From the NCBI GenBank assembly GCA_036172245.1, contig JAYWIR010000031.1, positions 434,001 through 498,000 on the forward strand: a stretch of DNA of 64,000 nucleotides. The letters run 5' to 3'. The notes beneath the pieces are model-generated. The model made no database searches, was not told where the DNA came from, and saw nothing but the letters and a program-made list of their open reading frames with translations. A program made the position numbers and the translations under genes. Below, one piece after another: positions 1 to 10,790 of the stretch (positions are counted from its first letter, which is position 1; every line of letters begins with the position of its first letter). This DNA is from Raillietiella orientalis (taxonomy: Eukaryota).

Positions 1-3000
1 TTTCGTTCAAAACACACTCTTTATTAGGATTATTATCAGGTTTTGGAATAAATTCAATTGGATTATACATTTGTTTTTGAAGCTATTTTTCCCAGTCGAC
101 ATCGAATCCATTTTCACTAAAAACTGACGAAAGTTAAAAGTTGTTTTACAGTAATATTAATTGAATAATTTGAAATAAATACGAAAATGCCGACCAAATC
201 AACCCTCCAACCATTCCATCTTTCCAGTTTATGCAAATGATGAAATCATTTATTTTCAATAAATTGACAGATGTAAAAGTTCGTTTATTCGTTAAAACAG
301 TTATGCTGGATGCTTTCCTCCTTCAAAAAAATGCAGAACTGTTTTCTAGACTGCTTGCATCTCATCTCAAAGAGCCTATTCTCTATTAACTTTGCTTCCG
401 AATTTGCGATGAGTGATTCATGACACGTTCTAACCACAAAAAGCATCCAAACTGAAAATCCGTCCCAACAACATTCATATGCAAAACACTTAACCATGCT
501 ATTAGCTGTAGGGAACATAGCAACACTTATTGCAAAATGCCTGTCATTGTACTTGTTGTACTGTAATGTAAAGAAAAATGCACATTGTGAGTATGAAAAT
601 ATTATGGAAACACGTCATCCACTGAACAACCATATCCGTTCTCAGGACTATACTTGGTCCAGAGGAACGACGATGCCACAATCTCACAGCTTGCAAAGCT
701 CAAACTTATAATGCAATGTAACAATTGATGCACGATTCTCGTCACAGCATGTCCGAGTGCCAGTACATTGTCTACGCTGTTATACATACTTTGCAAATTT
801 CAATCTCATCTCCAAATAATTTTTTTTTAATTAATTTATCAGTACTATAGGTAATTACACTACATTAAGCATAGAACTCATCAGATTAAATAATTCTGTA
901 GTTACTTTGTATTTTCTAAAACTATCTAGCCTTCATTTCGGATCCAAACCCGCAAATTGAAGCTAGGTTGTTTCAGAAGACACCAGTCTTCCAGCTTTTG
1001 GAAATGAAAGTCGCTGAATTTTTTTTCCTATAATTTTGAACTATCCTCCAACGTTTGGATGTAAGCTCTTTTAGGAATGCGATTGAGCATTAGTAAAGTT
1101 TCGATTCTCTGTGCAGTGTGTTTACAATTAGGTTGTAATTCTTCTATTTGATATTTATAGCAACGCTATGTGTACACATCTTTTTTCGATGGCCACTATA
1201 GTGAGTTCAGAAAAGTTTGTATAACGCACATATACTCAAGAAATTAGGTCTAAACGGTTCTCACTAAACTGACATATTGCTATCGTGTATTCAAGAGTTA
1301 CACAGACCGAATTAAAGCTTGAAACCTGACAAAATATGAATTCGAAGGTTATCAGTTTTGTCAACATTTCTCAAATTTTGCAATGCATTTACCGAAACAT
1401 TTTGAAGGATATGTCTGTGCTTATTTTTATGAGATTTCATTTTCAAAGAGTGTAAATGTCCAATGGCTACTGTTTTATTCAGCAAAACTGTTTAAAATCA
1501 GGTTAATAATTGTGGAATTATTAAAATAAATAATTTAAATTAAAAAATTAAGTTAGTACTACAGTGTTTCCTTTTCCTTTAAATCTAAATCAAGTAAATC
1601 AGTCAAGTAAAACTTGGTATCTAGAAACAAGACGCTGTGGTGTTTTTAAATTTTATTACTGCCATCGGGACAGTTTATTCAACACAATGAAAGCTTTTGA
1701 AATTTACAATGCAAATAAAATACTTTACATTATGTATGCAATTTCCCAAAGCGGGAAAAAAAATAAAGTTGCAATAATGAACGACATAGAACGAAAAGTA
1801 GAAATCGCGTATTAGAATGGGATGCTGAAACATGGAAAAGCTGAGACATGGAAGATAAAAATAACGCATGCTCGTGTGATAGTATCATGAAAAACACAGC
1901 TCAATTTTGTATCGAGTCATTTATATACGGGCCAAAGCTCTCCATCATAAGGTAGTAAATAGAATGTTCGGGTCGCTCTTTCATTAGTGTTGGTTTCGCA
2001 GGTCGGCCTTTGCCGTCAGCACCAACATTTCTGCAACACGCTTATACTATGTTTTGAATTTTTCACCAATCTTCACAATATTCTCATGCAATGTCGACAA
2101 AACTAGTCTGCTATGCTTAGATTAAGGGAAATCATGATTAACCTTCAGTGTCTTATGCTTCGAAATTTAAAACACTTAAGGGGATCATATGCACCAGAGT
2201 TGAACCAGGATCTGTAATCGGGAGAAAAGGTAACTAAGCAACGGAGAAAAAAGTCTCTGCACCATGGCATCTCAAATGCATGTCAGGTTTACGTAATCAG
2301 TGTGTAAATGAGACACACAAACAATTGCATTTGCAAACAAATGGGAAGTGATATCTTACTTTCCATAAGATTGAGTGGGAGAATTAAGTGAAGGTTAAAC
2401 TCTAACTCGCGGTTCCAGAATTTTACTGCATGGATGAACAATGAGCGTTCCTTCAATGCGAATCCGTTCCCTGTGAAGATCAATATTTTCCTTGAATATC
2501 CGCTTTTTTTCGTTTTTTAATGACCTTGTGTTCTAACCGCTTCTTCGTCACCCTTGCACTGCTAGTGTACGGATCTGCCACTTTTCGTACTTCAATCTCA
2601 TCCTCATTGGCTGTAGACACTGTTACGGAACTGAATTCAAGCATGTTGGTTTGTCTTGTGACCATAAACCTTAGAACGTGTTGACTGTTCTACTGCTACT
2701 TGTCCGAAAATATCCGTTTTGATTGGTTCTTCACCATTTTCACCAGAGTTTCTTTAAACAGAAAGACATTCCACCGTTGACAGGATGATAGCATAGCTGT
2801 AAAGTCACATCTATATAACATTAGTGATTACCTAATCCAACTGCCTTACGTTTTGCATTTGTTGCAAAACTGTTTCACTGCTCCACCTGGTCACTAGATT
2901 GTACCTGCTCTGTATCATCAAGATCACCTTTGGATGTGTTAGCATCCATCAATAATGCTCGAACGATGTCTCTTTCTTAATGGTTAGCTTTTCTAAAATG

Positions 3001-5277
3001 TAATCTAAAAGAGCCAACCAAGCTGAAGAATATTTGACAAAAACTCCTACCAAGAATGAAAGTGATTTGACCGCAGTGGAAGATATGGAGAGGTCTTTTG
3101 AGTCTGACCAAACCACACCACCACGAGACACCATTTGGAGCCATCTGGGAAACAATTAAAAAGCTCTTTTAAATTGAAAAATCAAACATTTCCATCTTCC
3201 CACAAGCTGATTTCTGCAAGGCATCTTTCTGTTTCAATTTTATCACTCAATTCTGTATACTTCCCGGGTAATTTCAAATCCTGAATGCAGATCCGTTCTG
3301 CTTGCTATATTAACGTCGGATGGAGGACAGGCAATCGTAAATTAATAGAACCAATGGGGACTTCTGGCAATTTTTCATTCTCTACCGCCCTGCTAAAAGT
3401 ACTTATAGTATGACCACATTCCTCCCTCCTTTCCTGTCGGGTTCTCAAATTATCAAAAAGAACAGCTGTAGACGTCTTACTTGTGTACATTTTGAACTTG
3501 TTCAGGTGAATTTTCTGCTTTAAGTAGACTGAACAGGTCATGGCTGAAACAACATTAGAAGGAAAGCATCTTTACACATTCATTCCTGAAAATCAAATAG
3601 AATTCCTTCCCGTAAAAGTATAAGCAAATTAAATCTAAAGAGCATTGCAGATTACCCGAATTATTCGAACTTTCATTAGAATATTTTCAACCATTTAAGT
3701 TAACTAATCCTCATATTTTAATAATACAATTCTTATCTTATTTTTATCTTGATGGACATAACGCCGAATTCTTGTACTCATGAATTTGGTTATTTAACTG
3801 TATTAATAAAAAATTAACTACATTTGTCCTTAGTTTTACAGTTCATTTTTCTGCTCTCAAAGGACAAAGAAGAAATTATCGAGAACGTTTTTACTTTGCT
3901 CTGCTGAAAGATAGAACCAAACTTATCTGGATGTTATTTTCTTAGGGTAAATCAAATTATCTCGGTCTTTTGCTTCATATCTAGATATCCATAAAAGGCA
4001 AGATTAACAAATGAGCATCCTTAATTAGGCAAATACCTCAAGTTACTACAAGTACATGGATAAAGGTTAAAAAAATAACTCGCAATCACAGTGATGATAG
4101 CTTCAAAGCAAATTGTTTCCTTTTCCCAATCCTACTTTGCATTTGTTTCTTCATATTCCGCTGTTCTAAAAGGGTTTTCACTGTTCCGTAAGAATGATAA
4201 CATCTAATGATTCCAATAGCATTGCAATTAAGAACCCTTCGTAACATGATTTTCAAGGAGCATTGTATACAAATTCCTTCCACTCTTTTCTCGGACATTT
4301 CAAAATCACAAAAAAATTGTGTAGCTGTCTAAGATCTTCTGCAGTCAGGTTTGTTTTTTTCTCAATTACAAATGTCAAGGCAACTATCATATTTTCCCAG
4401 AAGTTTTAGAAATAACTTTGGTTAAAGAGAACAAAATAAAATCCCCACTGGATCGATTCACATCATCGGCATTTGGCAAATTCGGTTATCTCAAAAAATT
4501 AGAAACCCAAACATGAGATTCTAATTTTAATTGCCTTACTTATCATTAATAGCCTAAGTGCAAGTGACGAAAGACAGATTTTTTATCCCCATGCAAGGAT
4601 GTACAATCATTTCATCATTACAAAAATCTCATGGCCGTAAACTATTGGTATTTCTGATACTGTTTCAAACAATAAATGCCACCATTTCAGGACTCCATGA
4701 TTACTACAATATTCTGAAATATGCTGAAGCAAAGTGCAACAGAATATGAAATCAGACCTCCAATCAGTATTATCAAACTAGACACAGAAGATTGATCTCA
4801 GTGTTATTTCAATGTGTGAAACCATCTGATAAGGAGAAGAATACATCAAACATTTCAATATGAAATATGTTGTGATTGATCAAATTGATAAAATCCTGGA
4901 ACTTTGATTAAGATAAGAACTATTTGATTAAGACTCATAAAAAATAAAGAAATAAAAGTGGTGCACTACAATTTTATTTGATTTTATTCTAACTTATCAG
5001 CATCCCTTTCTTTTCATCCCTCGACATCGACACCTCATTAAACACTGGTGGGCAGTCATTAAGCCCTTTCTAGAAAGAACTTCGTGCACACACTCTTATG
5101 TCATGCATTTCATGGCCAGTAAGAAAGGAAGGAGCAAACTGGTTGCATTATCATATCTATGAATGAATGTTTCAGTATGTTTAACTTCAGACGTGTTAAT
5201 CCATCTACAGCAAGCAATATATCCTGAACAGTTTCATCTCCTTCCATCTATAACAATTTACTCCATTACCCGGAACC

Positions 5278-5290
5278 CAATAAACTCTAT
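5278..5290. repeat. Target-site duplication, copy at the element 3' end (CAATAAACTCTAT)
   Basis: Exact direct repeat of 10778-10790; the flanking bases differ on both sides. Confidence 0.9.
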
Positions 5291-5419
5291 TTTCTCCAGG
5301 TCCCACAAGGGGTGGGGTAAATTCATTTTCCTATAAAAGCATTCACTCTACAATCACATTCATACAAATGTAAGCACTTTTTTCCCACTTTCACTTTTGC
5401 TGAAGTTCACTGCTCACCT

Positions 5420-6798
5420 TTACCTTGGATTCGCTTGGGCTTGGGTACTTTCTTCGATCCTTCTCAGGATGTGTCGGTAGTTCCATGCTTGCATTTGTCC
5501 GCAGTTCCGGATTCCAATCTCCTTCTGGATGAGCCTTTTCAGGATTTCCAGTGGAGATATGGTCGTCCTCGTGGTTTTCATCTTCCACCACCGCACAAGG
5601 ATGGCGGTGATGAAAAGGGCGATGGTCACTCTTACCATGGGATTGTAGCGGAGAACCGTTCCAGTTCCCTGGGACATCCCTGCCAGAACGTCCATGGTCG
5701 AGGCATGGGCAGCCCGATGACCCTTTTCAGGGTTGTCCACTCGGCTTGCAATGTGGGGCAGGTCAGGACGTGGCGTCTTGAGTCTATTCCTCCACATGCT
5801 CTGCAGATCTCATCTTCTCTTTTTCCCATGAAGAGCTTCATTCTGGTGCCACACAGGAGTCCCCCATGGAAGAACATGAAGAGGTTGTCCTGCGTGTCTA
5901 GTGGCAAGTCACTCCTCCAGAGCACCGTCCCAATCGCTAGTGGATTGAATCCACTACTAGCGTAGCGGTCGGCAGCATCTTGGAGGGCACTGATGCCTGT
6001 AGACTCCGTGATTAGCTGGCGTATGTTCCTCTTCGTCACTCTGGACCACGCGAGGTTGTGGTGATTCTTCCAGACTTCGCGGGTCTTCAGTGTGAAGCTG
6101 CCAGATATTCTTGCAACGTAACGAAGTACCTGGAAATGATGCAGGTATCGTTGTCGCTTCCATGATTCTATCTCTTTCAAAGTAACTCCGGACCGCTGGC
6201 GTATCCAGCTCCTCGTGTCATCCCTCACGGGGAGCATCCAAGGGATTACCAGGATGGATTCCTCCTGCCAGAGTTCTTTGCTCTTCGGGATGATCTTCAG
6301 TCCTTCCTTCTTGACCAACTGTTGTTTCCGTCGCTATGTTGGGTCGATGGTTGACCATTTGCCGACTCTGCCGACGAGCGCAGTCATCAGGCCCCTCGAG
6401 TTGTTCAACAACAACGAGTATGCCCTGTGCGCTGCGTACGGCCAGTCGTCCCAGTTGGAAGACATCTCCAGGATTTGTCGCACGTCCATGAAGCTCACGG
6501 CGTGTGCAGGCGACTTCATCCCGGTTCCTCCTTCCTCCTTAGGACGACAGAGTGGCTTAAGGCGTACTCTTGGCTGATTCCTCTGCAGCTTTTCCACTTC
6601 TCGCTTGGTGTCTGTAGACATTTTGCAGAAGGTCGCATCTTCGGAAGGAGTACTTCATTCCAAAGATTGGCCCTCTGCTTCTGCCCAAGTCCGAGCGGGT
6701 GTACTTCGCTCCCTCTTCTGCTGTTTTCCCCAGGATTTCCTTCCACAATAATTGGATGACGAAGCATCGCCAATGTGGATACCCAGGTACTTGATTTG
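5420..6798 (-). pseudogene. ORF2 C-terminal remainder (RT thumb region and zinc-binding tail), broken by stops and frameshifts
   Basis: QIKYLGIHIG continues in frame right after the TAA at 6799-6801. LCRPKEEGGTG lies in 6334..6621 and CRACGGIDSRRHVLTCPTLQAEW in 5632..6318. The last segment ends at the stop at 5420. Confidence 0.88.
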
Positions 6799-8895
6799 TT
6801 ACACCGTACGGAATCCTTCCCTCATGCGTGTTGAGAGGTCCAGAATTCCGACGGGCAAAAGCTGGCTTTTTTGGGCATTGATCTTGAGGCCCAGTCCTTT
6901 TTCCATGAGCTCCACCACATGCAGAAACCCTCGCTGATCTCTCTCCCCTTTAAGAAAGAAGAAGAGATCGTCTGCGTAGGCCAGATGGGTGAGCTTTTGC
7001 TTGTCCAAAGTAATTCCTCGGAGGTACCCAGTTCTCTCGATGAACGATGAGAGGGTCTCCATGTAGATGACAAACAGCATTGGACTTAGCGCGTCGCCCT
7101 GGCGGACTCCGCGTTCCATCCTAATGGCTGCTGTCGCTTCTCCATTGATCTTGATGCGGAACTGTTGTTCTTGCAGTATCATCCTGACGAAGTTGCTGAA
7201 GTATTCCGGGAGGCCCAGTCTTCCTAGAATCTTCAGCAGCATCACATGGTCTACCGTATCGAAGGCTTTCTCCATGTCAGTGAAACCCAGCACCAAGTTC
7301 TCGCCGATATATCGGCTAAGAACTATGGTAGCTTGGGCACACTTGACATTGTCCAACATGTGTGACCTGGGCACCGCACACGTCTGGACGGGAGAGATCA
7401 GCCGCGGCATGACCTTGCCTAAGCGGTTGGCCCAGATCTTCGCTAACCACTTAGCATCGGAGTTCAGGATCGAGATTGGCCTCCATTGGGTGATCTGGGT
7501 TAGGTCACCTCCTTTCGGCAGCAATCTCATCCGACTCTCGTAGAAGGATGCGGATAGTCTTCCTTCTTCTTTGATGCATAGTGTCAGCTGGTGGAACAGT
7601 CGCCGGTAGGCATGCAGATACCTCTGATAGTGTGTGATGGGAATACTATCAGGACCTGCTGCCACATCCTTGCGAAGTTCCTGGAACGCAGCTTTCACTT
7701 CTTCCTCGGAGATATCTTCTTCCAGCATCATCTTGCTCTTGTCGTCTATTCTTTTTTCGAGATGCCTCAGAAGACTTTGCTGGTAGGCTTCACACAGATG
7801 TCTGCGTCGGAATTGTTCCGCACAATGCCTATGGAAGGCTTCTGCGATGTCCTCCGACGTGTGTCTTGTCTGATCTGTGTACTGGATGCTGAAGATGTCT
7901 GTCGCCAGATTCTTCTTCTCCAGTACGCCAACTGCACTCTTTACGTTCTTGAAGACGTATCGACTCTCATACTGTTGCCAGTACTTAGAGAGGGAGCGAT
8001 CTTGGATGTTGAGCTCGCGGTACGCCTCCTGCCTCAGCCTCTTGTCGCCAAACTGCATGTTGCAGAATAGATGGATTCGATGCTTTAGGCTATCCCAGTC
8101 GGCGACTCTGCTGATGGTTGTTTGCAGAATCGCCTCCATCAGATCTTGATGGTGCGGATGCGTTTCAAACCATGCGGGCATGCTGATGATCGCCGCCCTT
8201 GGTGCCTTCTTCCGTCGAGGATTTTCAGTCCTCAGGGTGAACCTCATCAACGGGTGGTCGGACACTGAGTGGAGCGTGTCGCGAAAACCGAGGACTCGGT
8301 TCCCTATGTCGGAGCTGTAGAGGACGTGATCGATCGGCTTGTGGCTCGCTGTTAGCCACAGCAGTCCGAACTCGTCGGATAGCCGCCGATACGCCTCTCT
8401 GCCTCTGACGTCCCGGGAATAGATGACTTCATCCAGGATGTTGAAATCCCCAACGATGATGACGATGTCCTTTGCAGCAACTTTCTGCCGAAGGGCTTCA
8501 TGAAGCACCTCCGCGCACTTCTGCTTAAGTTGGTGAGGCCCGTAAACGTTCACCAGGAAGAGAGGAACGTTCGCGGACCAGGACAATCGTGAGACGATGA
8601 TTCTTCCAGGTACGGGACAGAAGACTTCCAGGATGGTGGCGGCAAGCTCGTTCTTGATGGCGATTGCCACCCCCATCATGTACCTCTGCCCCTCGCTGGT
8701 TAACAGTTGGACGTTCAATCGTCTTTCCAACTCCAGGATGATCTGCTGCCCCATCTCGTGGGTTTCTTGCAGGCACACGATGTCGTAGTGCTTGATGTGC
8801 CGCACTATTCTTCTTCTTCGCACCGGGTCTTGAATTCCATTAACATTCCAGGAGGCGATGTTCAGTCTCCTGGCGGTCGACAAGGACGAGGCCAT
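6799..8895 (-). CDS. ORF2 N-terminal open segment: APE-type endonuclease plus reverse transcriptase (698 aa)
   Basis: EN motifs SWNVNG, LQETH, NVYGP, GDFN, IDH and SDH. RT motifs GPDS, WRPISILNSDAK, DMEKAFDTV, GVRQGDALSPMLF and AYADDL (YADD at 6967-6978). Confidence 0.96.
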   Translation of the reverse strand: MASSLSTARRLNIASWNVNGIQDPVRRRRIVRHIKHYDIVCLQETHEMGQQIILELERRLNVQLLTSEGQRYMMGVAIAIKNELAATILEVFCPVPGRIIVSRLSWSANVPLFLVNVYGPHQLKQKCAEVLHEALRQKVAAKDIVIIVGDFNILDEVIYSRDVRGREAYRRLSDEFGLLWLTASHKPIDHVLYSSDIGNRVLGFRDTLHSVSDHPLMRFTLRTENPRRKKAPRAAIISMPAWFETHPHHQDLMEAILQTTISRVADWDSLKHRIHLFCNMQFGDKRLRQEAYRELNIQDRSLSKYWQQYESRYVFKNVKSAVGVLEKKNLATDIFSIQYTDQTRHTSEDIAEAFHRHCAEQFRRRHLCEAYQQSLLRHLEKRIDDKSKMMLEEDISEEEVKAAFQELRKDVAAGPDSIPITHYQRYLHAYRRLFHQLTLCIKEEGRLSASFYESRMRLLPKGGDLTQITQWRPISILNSDAKWLAKIWANRLGKVMPRLISPVQTCAVPRSHMLDNVKCAQATIVLSRYIGENLVLGFTDMEKAFDTVDHVMLLKILGRLGLPEYFSNFVRMILQEQQFRIKINGEATAAIRMERGVRQGDALSPMLFVIYMETLSSFIERTGYLRGITLDKQKLTHLAYADDLFFFLKGERDQRGFLHVVELMEKGLGLKINAQKSQLLPVGILDLSTRMREGFRTV

Positions 8896-8904
8896 AGAAG
8901 GGTT

Positions 8905-10495
8905 TTATTTTTTGGCCTTTCGTAGCTTCTTTTGGCGGGGAGACCTTTGCAGTCTTCCCGTCGCAGAAGCTGTCTTTTCGCTTCCGGCATCGCTTTCCGT
9001 GCCAGTTGCGTCAGTGTATTCTTGTTCTTCCGCGGTACGTTCGATCTTGGCAACTACTCTGTGCGGTAGGGTCTCCAGACTGACCTTCGCACAGTATGCT
9101 GCCTTGACCTCGAAAAGCTGGGCTTCAAGCTCTTCGCTCTCCCCTCCATCTACCAGATTGTTGATGTGCTCTTGTGTCTCGCAGATACCAGTCAGGAGTT
9201 GCTCCTGTTGTACCGCCTTCGGCCCCTGGCTGATCGCCTCCGTTAGCTTCACCACCTGTTCGGTGAGCTGTTCTGCCTCCTGAGAAGCCGGAAAGGCTTC
9301 GCTCACCTCCATAGATTCGCCTTCTGGCACGCCAACCTGCTCTACGGCCTGCGAGGAGGATTCCTGCTCCCTAACGAGCATCCTCCTCTTGCCGCCTTTC
9401 CCTACTGTTGTGAAGCCGTCCTCCGAAACGGGAGCGGCCTCCTTCGCCTTCCTCTGCTTGATCGGCCTTTGAGGTTTTATAACCTCTGCCAACACCCTCT
9501 CCCTCACGGGGGATTGCCCGCGCACGTCCTATAGCTTGCATACTCAGGGCAGCACCACTTCCCATGCCCCGGCTGCTTACAAAAGGAGCAGACTTCGGGC
9601 ATGTTGCAGCCCCGCACCTGATGGCCCTGCTTCCCACAGCGGAAGCACCTGGACCGGGGGCACACGCTCTGTCGATGGCCAAAGTTTTTGAAGCCATTGC
9701 AGAACACTGGCTACAGCCTGTATCGCACGAAGACCTCCTGCGAATCCCCGTCGATATGCACGGTCCCAGGAATCTGGCCTCCTCCTTGATCTTCATTTTG
9801 GCCATCGCATTTCCGGAAAAGATTTTTCCGGAGATGTTGTGGAAATTGATTTCCAGCACCTCCCCGTATTGCATCAAATATGTCCACACAACCTTTTGTG
9901 TGGTCATTGGACCAATGCCACTTAAAAAGATGGTGGTGTACTGCATTTCGCCGATCCCACACACCATCTTTCCCTGTATGTTGATTCCCTGTTCGATCAG
10001 GGCCTCCCTAATGTTTTCACAGTCGATGTAAACTGTGAATCCCATTGTGCTGGGTATGATCGCCTGCAGGCGGTCGAAATCCACTTGTTGTTTGTACAAC
10101 GCCAGGTACACCTCCCTGACGTTGTGCATCCTTATCAAGCCCGTCTTGAACGTGACCGGCTTCACGTTCGGGCCTAACTGCACTATCGGCTCTTCCACGT
10201 TCCTAATCGACCCGGACTCGGGCTTTCCAAACTTCTGCGACTGGGTGGTTGCCGTCCCAGCCGTCACCGCCGCATATGAAAACGCCGGTGGCCGCCCCAT
10301 GGTCGCAGCCACCGAGCAATATGGCGTCGCGTCACTAGCAACGGGCGGGCCTACGGGCCCCCCCGTCGCTCCGGCGACCGCCGTCGCCGGGGACGCCGCC
10401 GCCGCCGCCGTCGCGCCAGAACAACATCCTTGCCCTACCTCCAAGGGCTGCGGATTCTCCGGCCTCGCCGCTCCTGCCGTCGCTCCATGCTGCAT
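8905..10495 (-). pseudogene. Tx1-type ORF1 (gag-like nucleic-acid-binding protein), disrupted
   Basis: First ATG is at 10495. An RRM-like stretch (YTTIFLSGIG...LMQYGEVLEI) is followed by a frameshift near 9780 into GQIPGTVHIDG...VRYRL. An in-frame TAG at 9711-9713 precedes the knuckles CNGFKNFGHRQSVC, CFRCGKQGHQVRGC and CSFCKQPGHGKWCC. A second frameshift near 9520 leads into an acidic/basic tail ending at 8905. Confidence 0.88.
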
Positions 10496-10632
10496 CCTGG
10501 CGGCGGGTTGCTGCACGACCGCCGGAGAGGGTCGCGAGTCCTCCACCTTGGACTCCCTGTCACTGCTGCTGCTGCTGCAGGCGGTGGGGGTAGTCCTGGG
10601 CTGCGCACTCACTGTCTTTTCCAATATTCACT

Positions 10633-10772
10633 TGCCCTCTCGGGGCACACAAAAATTGCCGTGGCAGTGGTTTTACGCACTGCCTTGGCGGGGTATTGGG
10701 TAAAGTTTTCAACTAGCAATAATCACGGCTCAGTCACCTTCCCCGCCTATGATAATGCACGTGCTCAAGGTT
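10633..10772 (-). ncRNA. U4: U4 spliceosomal snRNA-like sequence (140 nt), retrocopied as the 5' end of the LINE
   Basis: The minus strand reads AACCTTGAGCACGTGCATTATCATAGGCGGGGAAGGTGACTGAGCCGTGATTATTGCTAGTTGAAAACTTTACCCAATACCCCGCC...GGCAATTTTTGTGTGCCCCGAGAGGGCA. The core GATTATTGCTAGTTGAAAACTTTACCCAATACCCCGCC matches metazoan U4 as I recall it. The 5' stem-loop with K-turn, the 3' stem GGCAGTG/CACTGCC, the Sm site AATTTTTG (10650-10657) and the terminal hairpin TGCCC/GGGCA are all present. Confidence 0.93.
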
Positions 10773-10777
10773 TTCCT

Positions 10778-10790
10778 CAATAAACTCTAT
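10778..10790. repeat. Target-site duplication, copy at the element 5' end (CAATAAACTCTAT)
   Basis: Exact direct repeat of 5278-5290. Confidence 0.9.

Larger units (their letters stand above)
5291..10777 (-). mobile_element. Full-length L1/Tx1-clade non-LTR retrotransposon (5487 bp) with a U4 snRNA-like 5' end
   Basis: ORF1 (RRM-like segment plus three CCHC knuckles) is followed 9 nt later by ORF2 (APE endonuclease, RT, C-terminal Cys/His zinc motif). The element is delimited by an identical 13-mer CAATAAACTCTAT at 5278-5290 and 10778-10790. Confidence 0.95.

Noticed and set aside
150..800. Possible hAT transposase relic on the minus strand (LLHCII, IAWLS, RLFEMR...IFLKE)
   Set aside because: The motifs are short, in different frames and without TIRs; too weak to call.
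2190..2250. tRNA-like A/B box traces on the minus strand (GGTTCAACTCT)
   Set aside because: No cloverleaf can be folded; at most an ancient SINE trace.
2289..3541. Several short minus-strand ORFs that might be exons or a pseudogene
   Set aside because: No recognisable domain and no consistent splice model.
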